Assembly (NCBI GenBank): GCA_028534125.1 | Contig: CM052817.1 | Span: forward strand, 76,696,001 to 76,760,000 | DNA from: Lama glama | Lineage: Eukaryota | DNA: 64,000 bases | Direction: 5' to 3' | The notes under the pieces: generated by a model | Told to the model about the DNA's origin: nothing | The model's input: only the letters and a program-made list of their open reading frames with translations | The model's database searches: none | Made by a program: the position numbers and the translations under genes | Shown: piece after piece, positions 1 through 13,240 of the stretch | Layout of the letters: each line of letters starts with the position of its first letter | Position numbering within the stretch: position 1 is the first letter of the stretch

Positions 1-1350
1 TTATTTCTAGCATTTTCTGTTGGTTCTTTCATATACTTTCCATCTCTCTGCATTACCCACCTGGTCTTGCATGTTATCTAACTTTTCCATTAGTAGACCT
101 TTACATATTAACCATAGCTGTGCTAAATTCCTTGTCTGATCATTCCAACACCTGTGTCTTTTCTGAGCATAGTTCTGAAGCTTGCTTTGGGTCCTCAAAA
201 TGTTTTTTGTTTTGGGGTTTTTTTTTTTTTTTGCCTTTTAGCTTATGTTGGAATTTTTTGTTGAAAGCTGGATGTGTTGTATTAGATACTCAAATAAATA
301 GGACTTTAGTACAAGGCTTTATGTTAACATGGCTAGGAGCTGGGTTGTGTTTAGTTTGTTATAGCTGTTAGGTACCAGACATGTCTAATTCTTCTAGTGT
401 TCTTGTTTTTGTCTCTTGACTTGAGATTTTAGGCTTCTCCTTATACTGCTCCTCAGAGACTGTCTGTGTCTTGCAGTTCTTTCTGTTGTCATCCACTCTT
501 AAACTGGAATTTTGGTGTGATGATGGGGCATGGGGAAGAGGGCACATTCTATATCATTCTAGTTAAGACTCAGTCTTTTAATGGGCCAGTGTCTTGAGGG
601 TGTGGTCTTTACAAGTATTTCTGTCCCTCCTCCAGGGGGAAACCTTGTTTTCTCCCTCCCCCTTACACTCTTCCCTGGCTATAGTATTCCCAATATACTT
701 TCTTAAAAACATCATCCCTCTTAAGTTTGATGTTTTGTTTATTTCTTTTCAATGATTTTTGTTGTTGTTCTTACACATTTGTTTTTCCCCTAAGTGACAC
801 AGAAAAGCTGAAGCTGGAGTGAAATTGCTTTCCCTTAACTGCGATACATTTTCAGAACTGCCGCCTGGCAAATTCATTCCCCCTGGAGACTAGGCTTTGT
901 AGGGAAAAAAGTCTGAGCAAGTTTCCCGGTGGCTGTGATAGCCCTCCTCCAGCCAGGGCCAGGAGGAGCTTTTTCTCAGAGGCTCACTGGCTAACCTGCT
1001 GGGGGTCCTGGTGTAAAAGCCTAATAAGGGTGGGACCCACCTATGACAGAAACCTTTGGGAGTTTTTTGCTCCTATGTTAGCCCACACAGCCTCAGCAAT
1101 TCATCCAAATAACCACTTAACTTTTCCCACCATCTTTTAAATTCCAAAGGCTTCTGCTCCAGGTCAATCTCAGGAGTTGTTTCTCTCCTGATGCCTGACT
1201 CTCTAGCATTTAGGGTGACCATTTGCCCAAAGATCAGCTCTCCTATAGGTCTAAGAAAAGCTGACTTTCAGTTTGCCCTACTTTTTATTGTTGTAAGAGT
1301 AAGAGTAACAATTTCTAAGTTTGTCAGAACTGAACTAGAAATCTCATCTC
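1..1350 (-). mobile_element. Old L1 (L1M) 5' region fragment
   Basis: Antisense L1 ORF1/5' region-like sequence. Confidence 0.6.
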
Positions 1351-1837
1351 CTTGGTTTTTGTTTGTGTCCCTACATCTGTCTCCTGCTTTTCTAACAGTC
1401 TTTTTTAAGTGTTCAATTGGATCAAACTATGGAGATGAACTAGGAATTATTTGGAAAGTGTTATTTTCAATCCCCCTAGTTAGTTTAGTGAGTTATGAAA
1501 TGGCTAAATGCAAAGTACTGATTCACAAATTCCTCAAGCTTTACAAGGAAGATAGGAAATTTTAGTATGGTTGTCCTAATGAGGAACGAATGGGAACCCT
1601 GTTGATCATGATCTTAGTCTCATCAGGACTTTGAAAGCAGTTCTTGTGGCCTTATATTTAAAGTTTCTCAATTAGAAATAGTGATATCAGTCTAGGAAGG
1701 AACAAATGCTCTGATCCATAGCAGGCGAGAAGGATAAGATTCTCAGTCAGGTACTTTGTGATAGCTGATCTCACCAGCATTAGACTCAAGAGAGAGCAGA
1801 TCTTCAGACATAGACTACTATTGCCAATCCTGTCCCA
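1350..1837 (-). pseudogene. Exon relic, AAA6 of motor B
   Basis: One frame: WDRIGN..VRSAITKYLTENL..SSLGQ..LHLAIS*LTKL..FQIIPSSSP*FDPIEHL ~ WDSKLN..VVPAITNYVTEKL..ISLGQ..CHLAVSWMPTL..FRLWLTSYP..FPISIL. Confidence 0.75.
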
Positions 1838-2490
1838 CTGAAAAATAAATACCCTAGACAATTCAATTTTTTTCTCTTCCCCAAAAGAGCACAGTCATAG
1901 GTTTTTGATATTTTATTTTTTGTTACATGTGGCATATGCTTTGCTGTTATAGCATTTTAAAATTAGAATTATTTCTTATAGTATAGCTTAGACGAGCCTT
2001 TATATTTACTATGTAAAGCACATGTCTAAATTGCACTTAAATTATTCACTACTCTGGAAAATGGAACTCCTTTAACTACTTAACTGGTATGTGCAAAATC
2101 CATAAAACCAACTGCTGTAACTCAAAGTTGCTACGAGATATAAAAGCAACTGCTAAATATTTTTGTTTTAAAAAATGTAAGTTTGTATTGCAATTTTATT
2201 ACATAAATTTTACATTCAAAATTTTGAAATTGGATCATCAGTTTATACTGTACAAGCTAAGTGTATGAAGCAAGCATTTATGATTAAATAGAAACCCCAC
2301 CCCTCACCCAAACCACAGAGCAGAGGATTACTTATAAACTAAGTCTTAGCTTAGTAGCTATTAGGGATGTCTGCAGTATCCAATGCCTAAATCCACAAAC
2401 AGCACTTTATGTCTTTTAAATTATGTACAAAATTTTAGTCTAATGAATAATATGTGTAAGAAGATTGAAAAGAATTCAGATCCAGCTCAC

Positions 2491-2625
2491 CAGTATGTTT
2501 CCATCTTGCTCTGAAGAAGATTAACATGGATGCTCTGCTTCAACTCTTGGCTGGTTCAAGGCTGGTAGTTAGCATCAGTGGAGGTCTCTTCACAAATGGT
2601 CTTTTAACTCCCTGCCACCTGTTCA
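2491..2625 (-). pseudogene. Exon relic, strut end of motor B
   Basis: ctcttcctag acceptor, gtgagc donor; KTICEET..NYQP/SRASMLIFF ~ KKIDETR..YRPVAKRASILFF. Confidence 0.65.
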
Positions 2626-3194
2626 CTAGGAAGAGAATTTATACCATCAATAGATTAACCATCAGCTACTAAACAGATGGGAGCAATTTTTAGTTACTAT
2701 CAATTGGATCAGATTTGAAGCAGCAACTTAACTGTAAAAATCCTCTGTCTTCTTTGTTCTTCACATGTATTAATTCATTATTTTTTTAGTTAAAGATACA
2801 TAGCTCTGGCAATTTTCACTTTGTTTAACAAGCTTCTCATGTTCCATGAGTTCTTCATTGATTCAAATGTACAGTCACCCTTATAAAACTAAAATCTTTT
2901 AGTAGTAAACTAATAGCATGATGGAATAAAAAGAACTTTTGCAGCAAAGTAGTTTTTCTCTAACTGCTTAATAGACAATTTGCCTAGAGTCCAATCATTT
3001 ACCATCACTAAACAAAATATGGTAAAACAAACCAACCAACAAAAAACTTTATCCCTGTTTCTCATTTCCATGACAAAATGCTACACTGGAAACTTTTGTT
3101 TGTAAGTTTCAGTTTGGAACTATAAAGGTAGCATTCAATGCAGGACGCGAGTATATAGTGGGGATAAAAAACTATTAGGATTCATCCGATTATA

Positions 3195-3842
3195 TGCAAT
3201 CGTTATGATTTGCAAATTCCCTATTTGTGAATTCACCTACTTGCTAAAATGTATTTGTAACCTGAAAATGAACACTCAAGGTGCTTTAAGATCATTTCTG
3301 GACATGCACAGAGCTGTAAAAAATTTGAATCACCTGACCCATACTTTCCTGGCTGAGATCAAACAACGCGCTGCCCTTCCTAGTTGTTTCAGCTCTCATA
3401 CTACAAACAAGTGTCCTCTTGTGGTCTATTTAGAGCCATGTTTTCCACATTTTTGAGGGTTTTGTTGGTGATGTTACTGTTTAAAACGGCCCCCAAGCAT
3501 AGTGCTGAAATGCTGCCTGGCGTTCCTAAGCTGCGGAAGACTGTGACGTGCCTTATGGAGAAAACACGTGTGGGATGAGCTGCACTTGGGCATGAGTTAC
3601 AGTGCTGCGGGCTGTGAGTTTGGTGTTCAAGAATCAATAGCATACATTAAACAAATGGTATTTAAACAGAAATACACACAAAATGAGATTGTGCATTGAT
3701 CAGTTGATGCAACTTATATGAGCAGAAGCTGCAGGAACCTAACCCTGTATTTCTTCTAGGAGCAGTGGTTCAATAGTAATTAATTCAGGGTTCAGAGTGA
3801 TTTTTTAAAAGCTTAACTACTGCAAATAATGAGAGCTGACCA
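3195..3842 (-). mobile_element. TcMar-Tigger non-autonomous DNA transposon (MER82-like)
   Basis: Characteristic ccccaagcatagtgctgaaatgctg and caggaacctaaccctgtatttc segments. Confidence 0.75.
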
Positions 3843-4366
3843 TACCTATTTTCAGACTACTGACATCATACTCAAGTAGATTCTAACCTTTCTAATGTAA
3901 GGGATTATAGGGTTGTTGATAAACACTAAAGTAGAATAAACACTAATTCAGAAAGGTGACCTACTCATCACATAGGCATCTGTAGCATGGGCAATTCTGC
4001 ATTTTTCTTGGCCTATCATTCATTTGACAGGAAGTGATTATTTATTTACATAAATTATTACATAACTGCAGTTTTTACTTCAAACAAAGGTCTTGTAATA
4101 CATACTTTACAAAGATTATTATGAATCTGTTCACAAAGAATTTGGCTCTATAATCAACATTATTTCCTCAACTATATATTTTTGCATAAAGACTTCTCTA
4201 GAAACCCTAATATAAACACTGAAAACCACACCATGACAGAAAATGTCTTGAAGCACAGATAAATAGGAAGGGTGCTGAGGGAATTACTGTCTCCAGTGTT
4301 TATGAAAGTCCTGTTCCTAACATCCATTAGGTCAGAGAGGAAAATAAAAATCAGTTATGACCTTAC

Positions 4367-4477
4367 CGTACAAAGGAGTGGGCACCACTTTCTCCCACTT
4401 CAATGAAACTTCAGTTCTTTGATTGAGGCCAACACGGTGTTCTCAGAATTATGTGAACATTTTTTGTTTTTTAACTG
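4367..4477 (-). pseudogene. Exon relic, strut of motor B
   Basis: tttcag acceptor, gtaagg donor, 111 nt; KNKKCSHNSENTVL ~ ENKKQLKEIEDKIL. Confidence 0.6.
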
Positions 4478-5349
4478 CTGAAATGCAAATCACATTTAGA
4501 GTCTCCACCTTTTGCATTAGCAAACATAAAATTATTTTAGCAAAATACAATTTTTGAAACTTTCTTAGTACGTTTGTAGATTAATAATTTTGTCTTTAAT
4601 CGAAAAGAGAAAAATCAGAAATTTGAGATACATTTGGAACAATATCAAAATCTGTAAGATTTTAGACCATTTCTTAAAATAAGACAAATGTCTCCTGCCG
4701 CCCCAAACTGAGGTCAGACACACTTTCCTACCATGAAATCTTCTACCATGAATATTTATTGACACTTCAAGAGGAGTCCTATTGTACTAGGTAGATTTTA
4801 AACCAGTCTGCCAATGCACTTTTACTTGAACTCAGTTGGGAGTCTCGAAAGATATAATCAAAAACTGCACTATAATTGAATTGCAAAAAATGAAAGAAAT
4901 ACACTGAATAACAAAATTTGATCAGAAAGAGTTCTTTTCAGGGAAAACTTTTTATTTTAGAGGATGATGGAAAATGAAGCTTCTGTAAGGCCTTGATTAT
5001 TTTTAATCACATTAGCAATCTGGAAGCCCTGTGTCTCAATGCCGAGAATGCCTTGGGCTTCCCCAAGAAGAGATTATATTGATTTCTGCATCAAGCTCTG
5101 AACAGATGGATGAGGGTCATAGTACATTATGCCAGAAATCAACGCCATTTGACTCCAGCACTTTCCAAGCAATAAATATTCTGTTGTAACTGATGTGGTT
5201 ATTTTAGCATCTTATATACTTATATTCTAAACACCAAGCCAAACTATTAAATACTCTATAAATTCTATTCCCAAAATAAATTGAAAGGGATTTTTTTTTT
5301 TTAAAAAAAAGGCAGAGCTATCAGTATCAATACAGAAATTATAAAAACC

Positions 5350-5985
5350 CTTTCATTATTCCCATCAGGAAATCCAGCTCAAGAGTACTGCAGTAAAAAT
5401 GCCTAAGAAAACTTCTGGACAATGACATCAGGAAATGTTCCAGACAAAATCGTATCTGATGTGCAATCCATCTGGTGTTTGCCTGAAAGCAAACTGCAGA
5501 GAGAACCAGACTATAGTCCAGCCGCTTTCTCCAGGGGCACCCAAAGGAACGTCTGCGCCCTCCCCTGTTACATCCAAGCTTGAGCGAATCTTTTATTCAG
5601 GCCTGATTTCTGTGAACAGGAATCAGAGATCTTTGATTTACAGTATTTTAACTTCTGACCCCATATGAGACTGATAGATTTCAGTCTCTATTCTTGTAAG
5701 GCTCAATAAATGTCTTCCTTGTTAATAACCATGCTTAGGAAAGAAGTCTTCTCTTAGCAAAGAGAGTTCCTCCAGGCATTTTTGTTTTATTTTTTGAAAA
5801 CTTTCAAATGAAAGTGCCTCTTTTGAGATGATGAAATTCCTCAGAGTTACCTGTGACTTTCTGTTTCCATTCTCTGGCTCCCTCACCTTTGAAATAATGG
5901 AAGAGCCGGTATCTGAGTCCTAGCATGCACTCTGTCTCCTTTAAACACCTTGGGAACTCTTGAATTCCTCAAAATGCATCATATG
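5350..5985 (-). pseudogene. Exon relic, AAA5 of motor B
   Basis: tttttcag acceptor; RYRLFHYFKGEGAREW ~ RYPLLIDPQGQGIEW; FAFRQTPDGL ~ INFTVTPDGL. Confidence 0.6.
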
Positions 5986-6279
5986 CTGAAAAACAAATGA
6001 GAACAGAAAATATTTTGAATGACATTTAGATAGAAAAGGACTAGAGGAATTACTGCCAGACTACATTTTATCTATTTTATTTTATGCGATCATAAGTCAC
6101 TAACTACACAATTAGAAAGCTTAGGTCTAAAAGTCTATTCAAATAACCATAAAGACTCAAAATCAAAACAAAAAAACACACTATATGAGCTTCTGCCAAT
6201 CTCTGGTTTGCAAATAAGGAATTTGTGTGAAGTATTTAAATCACGCTTACAATGCAAAATATGCTCGGTTAATAATCAA

Positions 6280-6500
6280 ACTGGTAGCAAATATGTATAG
6301 GGCACGTTTGCAGCAGGTGCTTTCTAAGTCCTTTACAGAAATAATGTCATTCATTCTGTGAAGGTAATTTTACCATAAATACCACTAGTCTACAGATGTT
6401 ACAACTGGGACCCAACAGGGTCAAATAATTTGTCTAACTGAGACCATAACCATGTGTGGTTAGAAATGGGATCCCTTTTGAACATAGGTGCTTTCAAAAC
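6280..6500 (-). mobile_element. MIR SINE
   Basis: Degenerate antisense MIR core. Confidence 0.5.
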
Positions 6501-6589
6501 TGAATGATTAAATAGACATAAATTCCACCCTGTAGGTTTAAATTTTCAGTCTCAAAGATGATCTAACATTATGTGAATTAATTCATCGA

Positions 6590-7176
6590 AATACGGATAA
6601 TCTTTTGTAATTCCCACCAGATGCTGGAATCCCCTGAATAATGTCTTTGAATCCTTGCAATTTTTATAAATCCCAATGCTGTTTATTTCTACAAAGTCCA
6701 TCCTTATACACTCCAAATCAGAATAACTTTGCTTATTTTTCCAAACTTTTACAGAAGAATCCCAGGTCTGTTTGACACTACTTGATCTTCAGTGTTCTCG
6801 CCGAGATGTGTTCCACCGACAGGGCACATCAGCGTCTCCTCTGCAGCTCTTGAAGTCACTAGATCCCCAGGATGATAGATGGCACTTATGTGCCCGAGAA
6901 GAAAATGTCAAGCTACTCCTTCATCATCAGAACTGCCAGAAATTGCTGAAGTTGAATCTAAGGGCTTGGCTTACAGTGAATGAGCTCGTTAAAATACCCC
7001 TTTCACACTCCCGGGCTCGAGATCACAGCCGGGGCTTGCTGCCCTGTCCTCTCCCTGCTAGTGTGCTCAGCAAAAACTTGGGGCGTCACAGCACTACAAA
7101 GGCTGAAAATGGGGTGTAAGAGTACAAAGGCCTGGGGAAAAAGGTTATGCTGTTTCTCTACAGAGGAAGGAGAAAG
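6590..7176 (-). pseudogene. Exon relic, MTBD and CC2 of motor B
   Basis: atttcag acceptor; SLEK*AKL..DGLCRNKQHW ~ KLERAEKL..GLGGEKERW. Confidence 0.65.
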
Positions 7177-7682
7177 CTGAAATTGCAATAAATAGTCTAT
7201 TAGAAAGAAGATAGTGCCTACGGGGACTTCATTTGATAAACAGGATAGGAAAAAGAGTACACAATAATGCTTGCATTCATGTCTCAGCTCATCAGCACAG
7301 TGCCACTGTGTGTTAGACAGTTACGCTTCCTACCCCGGATTTTGTACTGAGGGGGACATTCTCTTTCTGTTATTCTTTGTTATTACAGTGATAAAATAAA
7401 CTCTATTGTTGTGAATAAACAGTGACAACAGTATATCTGCTAAAAACACAATGACTGAGAAAGTCTCTAATCCAACAGAGACAAATTATGACTAAGGCAG
7501 CAATAGAAATAGCAGTATTAGTATGGGTGGTTATTCTGAAACTTGACCTATGAACCAAAATTAGCCTGTGAACCAAAACATTTCCTTAAAAAGATTTCCA
7601 TTTAGTTTTTGCCAGTTGTTTTGTTGTTGCTTTGTTTTAACTTAGGAAAATGTGTAATCAGATAAGTCAGGGAGAGACTTAT

Positions 7683-7994
7683 GTCTGATCCTGACAGAGA
7701 TGCTGGCTGGCCTCAGCATGCTGGTATACACCAAAATGAGTCTTTGAAGTATCACCAAATGAAATGAGCTGAACTCTTGACATCAAATGCGTATGCTGTG
7801 ATATTTCAACTAGTTTATAATAGGACATTAAAAAGCGTGTTTTTCCAGAATTTCTTAAGGACATTCTTTGATTGATTTTTCCCCTAATTTTGCATTATTT
7901 CCCAATGTGTTTTCCATTCAGCATTTATTTTTTCAAAGTCCAAATATTTTAAAAATTATGTGATTATAAAGAACCTTTTAACTTGAAATCTGCA
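7683..7994 (-). pseudogene. Exon relic, stalk CC1 of motor B
   Basis: RFQVKRFFIIT*FLKYL..KNVLKK ~ RFLEELKRYNYVTP..YLELI..ENGLEK; donor decayed to ataagt. Confidence 0.6.
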
Positions 7995-8146
7995 CTGTTA
8001 GTCGTGAACATAATTGTATAGGATATAATTATTAACCAAGTTCTTAATTCCTTTCTATAAAAATTCTAGATGATTACAAGGAAAAAGTAAATAGACTATA
8101 GACTGGTTTTTAGTGTTGATTATTTTAAAAGGGTATAATACCTTAC

Positions 8147-8460
8147 ATAACTGGTATTTATCTGTTTCATGTCTCGTTTTATGACATGTAAGTGCTTAAG
8201 AAGGAACTAATCTTTATGAAAATATCATTGTTTGTGTCTGTTTTGGTGTTACAGTCGTCTTCAACTCTGCCTCACTGTTACACTCAAATGCTTCCTTCAA
8301 AACCAAGCTTAGGACTCAGTTCTGGTTCCCTAAACAAATTATCACCTAACATACAGATAACCATTTTATTCTCAGATCTTCTCTTTGTAATAAATTGCTG
8401 CAAGTCCTGGATTAGCTGCTTTACGACATTTTCCACATTACTTCAAGAATGCATGTTAAT
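8147..8460 (-). pseudogene. Exon relic, AAA4 end of motor B
   Basis: FITKRRSENKMVICMLGDNLFRE ~ [24 protein letters not shown]; gtaagg donor. Confidence 0.7.
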
Positions 8461-8599
8461 ATGATCAGAAAGAACAAATAACACATATTTTTAAATTATG
8501 CTGTATCTGTCCCACAGTAACATGCTGTGCCTCAGGGAGTCAGAACACAATGAGTGTTCTTTAAATAACAAAAAATATATTTTCTGCCAGTAACACGCT

Positions 8600-9240
8600 G
8601 GTTAGGATTTTTCTGAATCAATCACTTCCCCCAAGAAATCAGAAACTCATCAATGCAAGAGATATATCCCAGGGAGAAATATGACAGTTCTGAAGAGAAA
8701 AACAATATGGTGATTAACAGTCTGAAAATCTTCCCTGAAGCTGAATCGCCCCTTCTTATTAACCAGATCAGGATGATCACAGCAAAAATCAGTTTGGGCC
8801 TAAAGGTTTTGATCTCCCTGCAGCCCAGAAATCCATTTAGCAGGGCAAGGGCATGCCTCCTGGGTGCCTTGATGTAGCAAAAACACTGAATCAATTGTTT
8901 CACTTCTGTCTGATGTGGTCACAGTCCTAGAGCTGTGGACAAAGGGGGCTTCTGCTTTCTTTCTGAACAAATATCATTCTTTTGACGGTAAAGAAGCACA
9001 TACCACATTTCTTTTTCTATATTCTATCTACCTATTAACAGTGCTATGAGATAAAATGGCAGATCGGGAAATAATGGTGTGAAACTGAATCCGCACAAAG
9101 TTCATCTTCAATGTACTCTCATTGTAATTTATAGTTAGAGATTATTTTCTCTTCTCTTCAATAATTTCCTCAAACTCAAAAACACGTTAATCATATTTTT
9201 GTTCTAACTCAGTTTTATTACTTATAATAATTGTGATAAG
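8600..9240 (-). pseudogene. Exon relic(s), AAA3 lid and AAA4 of motor B
   Basis: IKAPRRHALALLNGFLGCR ~ IRQPRGHALLVGVGGSGR; SFREDFQTV..IVFLF ~ DFREDLKKV..TVFLF; CIDEFLIS/GEV ~ DINNLLNSGEV. Confidence 0.75.
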
Positions 9241-9339
9241 GAGTAGGACCATATATTTCCAAATTAGGAAGAGACAAGAATTTACATGCCAAATGTAAAA
9301 AGGAAACTGAAAAAAATGAAATAATTTGGGCAATAATTA

Positions 9340-11570
9340 AAAATACATACTGGGAGTTCAGATTCTGGTTTGGATATATAAGGTTTGGCAGGCCATTACT
9401 TCATTGTAAAAAACTAGAAAAGGATATATTAGAACAGAATTTTTTAAGGCACCTAAGAGTTTCACGTGCAAGAGTCTAAAATAACTAGTGCTCAGAAAAT
9501 TAACAGAAATTGGCAGCTTCTTAGCTCCGTGGGATATTTTCTAAATATAGGTGGGAAACTGTGCCTGTCATTGGTAGAGGAAATCCTGAGGGGTAGAAGA
9601 AACCAAGCAGGGACTTTAAGGGCCACCTAGTCTGATATGGTAAATAAGAATCTGGAGGGCATCCAAACTCAAGACTTATTCTCCCTGTTCGCTGATTCTC
9701 TGCCCTAGACTTTAGCTGAGTAATGTGCCAACGTGTGACGGAAAAGCAGATAGATATCACTCTCCCAGTGCTGAGATGCCAAAGCCCTGCATGTTGCAAT
9801 ACATACAGGACAAAGATTGCCATCATGGTTTTGGAATTTCAGAAAAAAAATAAATTTTGACATCAAGTTACTAGAAACCAGACATGAGCCAAAATGAAGT
9901 ATAGTTGCAACTAATCCCCAGTTCAGATAAATTCCTGTTTGAAGTGATCTGGCCTTTATCCTAGCTGCCTAATAGAGAAATGCTTGCCCTTTCTAGGGAA
10001 AAATGATGTCCTCCATGGGCTTGCTGGCTTGTTTATATACAACGTCCAGTGTACATAAAACATTTCAAGATATGCAAAGAAAACATAAGGGACAGAAGGG
10101 TCAGCTGATGCAAAACACAGAAGATCAGATGTAGGGATTTAAAACTGCGTACTTAAATTACCAATTATTAGCATGAAGACATGGAGAATTTAAACAGAAA
10201 TGAAACTTTGGATATCCTAAAGCATTTACGTGTATGGATAAAATTTATTCTAAAGTATTTACAATAATATAAATTAAGAATATATCAGATGAGTTTAGTG
10301 GTATACTGGACACAGCAGAAGAAAGGATCAGGAAACTACGTATCAGTAGAAATTACACAAAGTGGAGCACAGGGAAAAAAATAAGAGGAAAAAACAGAAC
10401 TGAATATGAGAGACAAAGGGACAACATATATGATTTATGTGAAACTGAGCCATCATAGAAAGATGAGGGAAAAAAGAAGCAGAAAAATATTAGAGAAGAT
10501 GATGGCTAAAATGCTGCCAATACATATACAAGAATCTCAGGAAAACCCAACCTAACTAATAAATTTAAGTCATCAAAATCAAAATATTTCACTCGTCAAG
10601 AAACACTATTAAGAGAGTGAAAAGGCAAGAAACAGGTTGAGAGAAAATATTTGCAATACATATATCTGACCAAGACTTAAATCCAGAACAGAAAAAAGAA
10701 TTTCAGTAAGTCAGAAAAAGATAACTTAATTCAAAACATGGTCAAAAACTTTAACAGACATGAAAAAAAACCCAATATGCTGAATAATCATTTTATATAT
10801 ATATATATGTATATATATTTATATATTTTAGCATCATTATCATAAAAATACAAATGAAAATTGCAATGAAATAATACTACATACTTACTAGAAAGGATAA
10901 AATTAAAAACTGACAATAGCAAATGTTAGTAAGGATGCAGAGACAATGAATCTGTCCCTCACTCTGGGAGGAATATAAAATGATAGAACTATCTGGGAAA
11001 AACACATTTTCTACTAAAGTTGAACACACCTCGAACCTTAATCTAGCCATTCCACTGTTAGGTATATGCTTAACAGAAATTAGTACATTTGTCTACAAAA
11101 ATAGCTGCATAACAAAATTTAACGTTGGTCTTATGATAATATCCAAGGTTCAACTCAAAAACCCATCAAAAGAGAATGGATCAAGAAGAGCTGTTATGAA
11201 TAAAGCGAGAGAGAGAGAGAGAAATACTAACACCAATAAAATGAATGAACTATTAGTACACACAACAAAATGGATGGATTTCAAAAATATGTTGAGTGAA
11301 AGAAGTCAAACAAAAAGGAATGTGTGCTGTATATCAAGTATATGAAATACACAATAGAACTAAGTTAAATTGAAAAGTGGTTAATTCTGGAGACAGGAGA
11401 GAGAATTGTGAGTTATTGAATGGGCAAGAACACATGGGAATTTTCTGAGGTGAAGGACATTTTCTGTATCTTCTCTGAGTGGTAGTTATATGGTATATGC
11501 CTATGTTATAACTGATAGAATATTTTACTAAAATTTATAAATTTAACTCACAATAAAATACATTCCAACT
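9340..11570 (+). mobile_element. Old L1M fragments (ORF1, ORF2 end, 3' UTR)
   Basis: A-rich; gagaaaatatttgcaatacatatatctgac and atggatggatttcaaaaatatgttgagtgaaagaagtcaaac motifs. Confidence 0.7.
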
Positions 11571-11679
11571 ATTTTAAAAATTAGTTAATACTTGAGAATC
11601 AGAAACTTGGAAAAATAGGACAATTATAAATTAATGTTTGAATATTAATATATACCATTAAAAGTTAAGACAGGGATAT

Positions 11680-12278
11680 CCACTTTGGTTTAAATTTGTT
11701 GATAATCAAGACACGGCAATATGCTCAGGAAAATCTACATTTTATTCTCTGTTGTAACTAATTCAGAGTCTATTTTTTTATGCTTTCAGGTAGAAGGAGA
11801 AATTGATCTAAGTTAAAGAAAATTACTCGATTTCTAAATTTTAATAGTTTTATCATTTGAGCAAACAAAGTTTTCAGTGATGTAAAAATATAAGTTCCTG
11901 GAAGTGGAATAATATTGATAATGGGAGGTTCTTGTAGACAAGATGTTATATAAATATTATAATTTTAGTTGTTTTTACTTTACTATATATTACAATCAGC
12001 CATTTAAACAAAAACATATACTGATCGAAGTCCATTTATATTTATCATAACAAAATGGCCTACCCCACTGGCAATGGCTTCAGGGTTTCTAGAAAGTCAT
12101 GCATTAGAAAAATTCACATTAATCATAGTATGTAGATATTAATTAATCAAAAATGTAAAAATATTTTAGAGATTGTCTAAGTGATTATAGCTAAGTTGAA
12201 ATTTGACTATGGACTTAATGAAATAATTAATCTTCCAAACTTGAGCAATCAGAAATAGGATGCCAGAGACATATGATT
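11680..12278 (-). pseudogene. Exon relic(s), AAA3 of motor B
   Basis: INVNFSNA ~ LNINFSA; VYVFV ~ LVVFV; QEPPI ~ QPPI; RSISP..IFLSIL ~ NPISP..IFSSIL. Confidence 0.65.
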
Positions 12279-12599
12279 CTTAAACTTAGAAATAAGACAA
12301 AAACCTTAAAAGTCTTTCTATCTTCACAAATTATGAAACAGTCTAGAGCTTCCCCCATAATTCTTTATTTGTGCCAATTTTTCTTAGTTTCATTATCATT
12401 ACTTTCTCTAAGATGTTTTTTAAAGAATAATGAGTCTTAATTTACTAATTTTAAAGTATTAATAAAATTGCTACCTAGAACTTTTTAAAATAATAGAAAA
12501 TATTTCAAAAAGTTTAAATGTATAATTTAAAATTTAAATTTATAATTTAAAATCCACACTTAAGTGATTATTTCTTTTTCCTCTTTTTGCTTTGCTCTC

Positions 12600-13075
12600 T
12601 TAGGAACTGAATCATTTAAAAATCCCTCTCAATCCTGGAAAAGGAATGCGATTAATTTTAAACCTAATTTTCAGAAATGAAAAAAGGAGTAAGACAGACA
12701 GTAGAATAAAAAAGTAATTCTTTCAAAGGCTTAAATCTACAATACAAAGTCATACACTAAAGATAATTTGCTTCTGCCATATTCAAATCCTGGACATCAA
12801 ATTCATGACAGAAAAATGTCATAAAAGAAGCTTAGAAAATATGGAAAAAAATACTACAAAATAATCTAGAAGAAAATATTTTACATGTCTAATGAAACAC
12901 ATTTATATTAACATTGACTTTCAATAAAAGGATCATATACAAAAAAAATATCTTCAAACTGAGATCTCTGTATACCCACAAATATTTCCTAGAACAGATG
13001 ATAAAGAAGAACCCAGACTGACACGTTCCAAAGAGCTGTGACATCTCTAATCACTATGGAGAGGCAATTGATCTC
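12600..13075 (-). pseudogene. Exon relic(s), AAA2 of motor B
   Basis: LEMSQLFG ~ ITMGQLFG; EFDVQDLNMA..CMTLY ~ FEVQDLKYA..CGMVY. Confidence 0.65.
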
Positions 13076-13240
13076 TTAGTGATGATCAGGAGACAGAAAT
13101 TTTTCTAATTTTTTTATTTTTTCACCAGGCACTTTAAAAATTCTGTCACCGTCTTAAAGCTTTTATTCTCTTAGTTAAAATACATATAGTATGAGTTTGC
13201 AGTCACCCACTACAGATCTTTATTTTATTAATTAGTTCAC

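Noticed and set aside
6772..7119. 115-aa plus-strand ORF
   Set aside because: Antisense shadow of the motor B stalk exon.
12512..12553. Short AT-rich tandem duplication (2 x ~20 bp)
   Set aside because: Low complexity; ordinary slippage.
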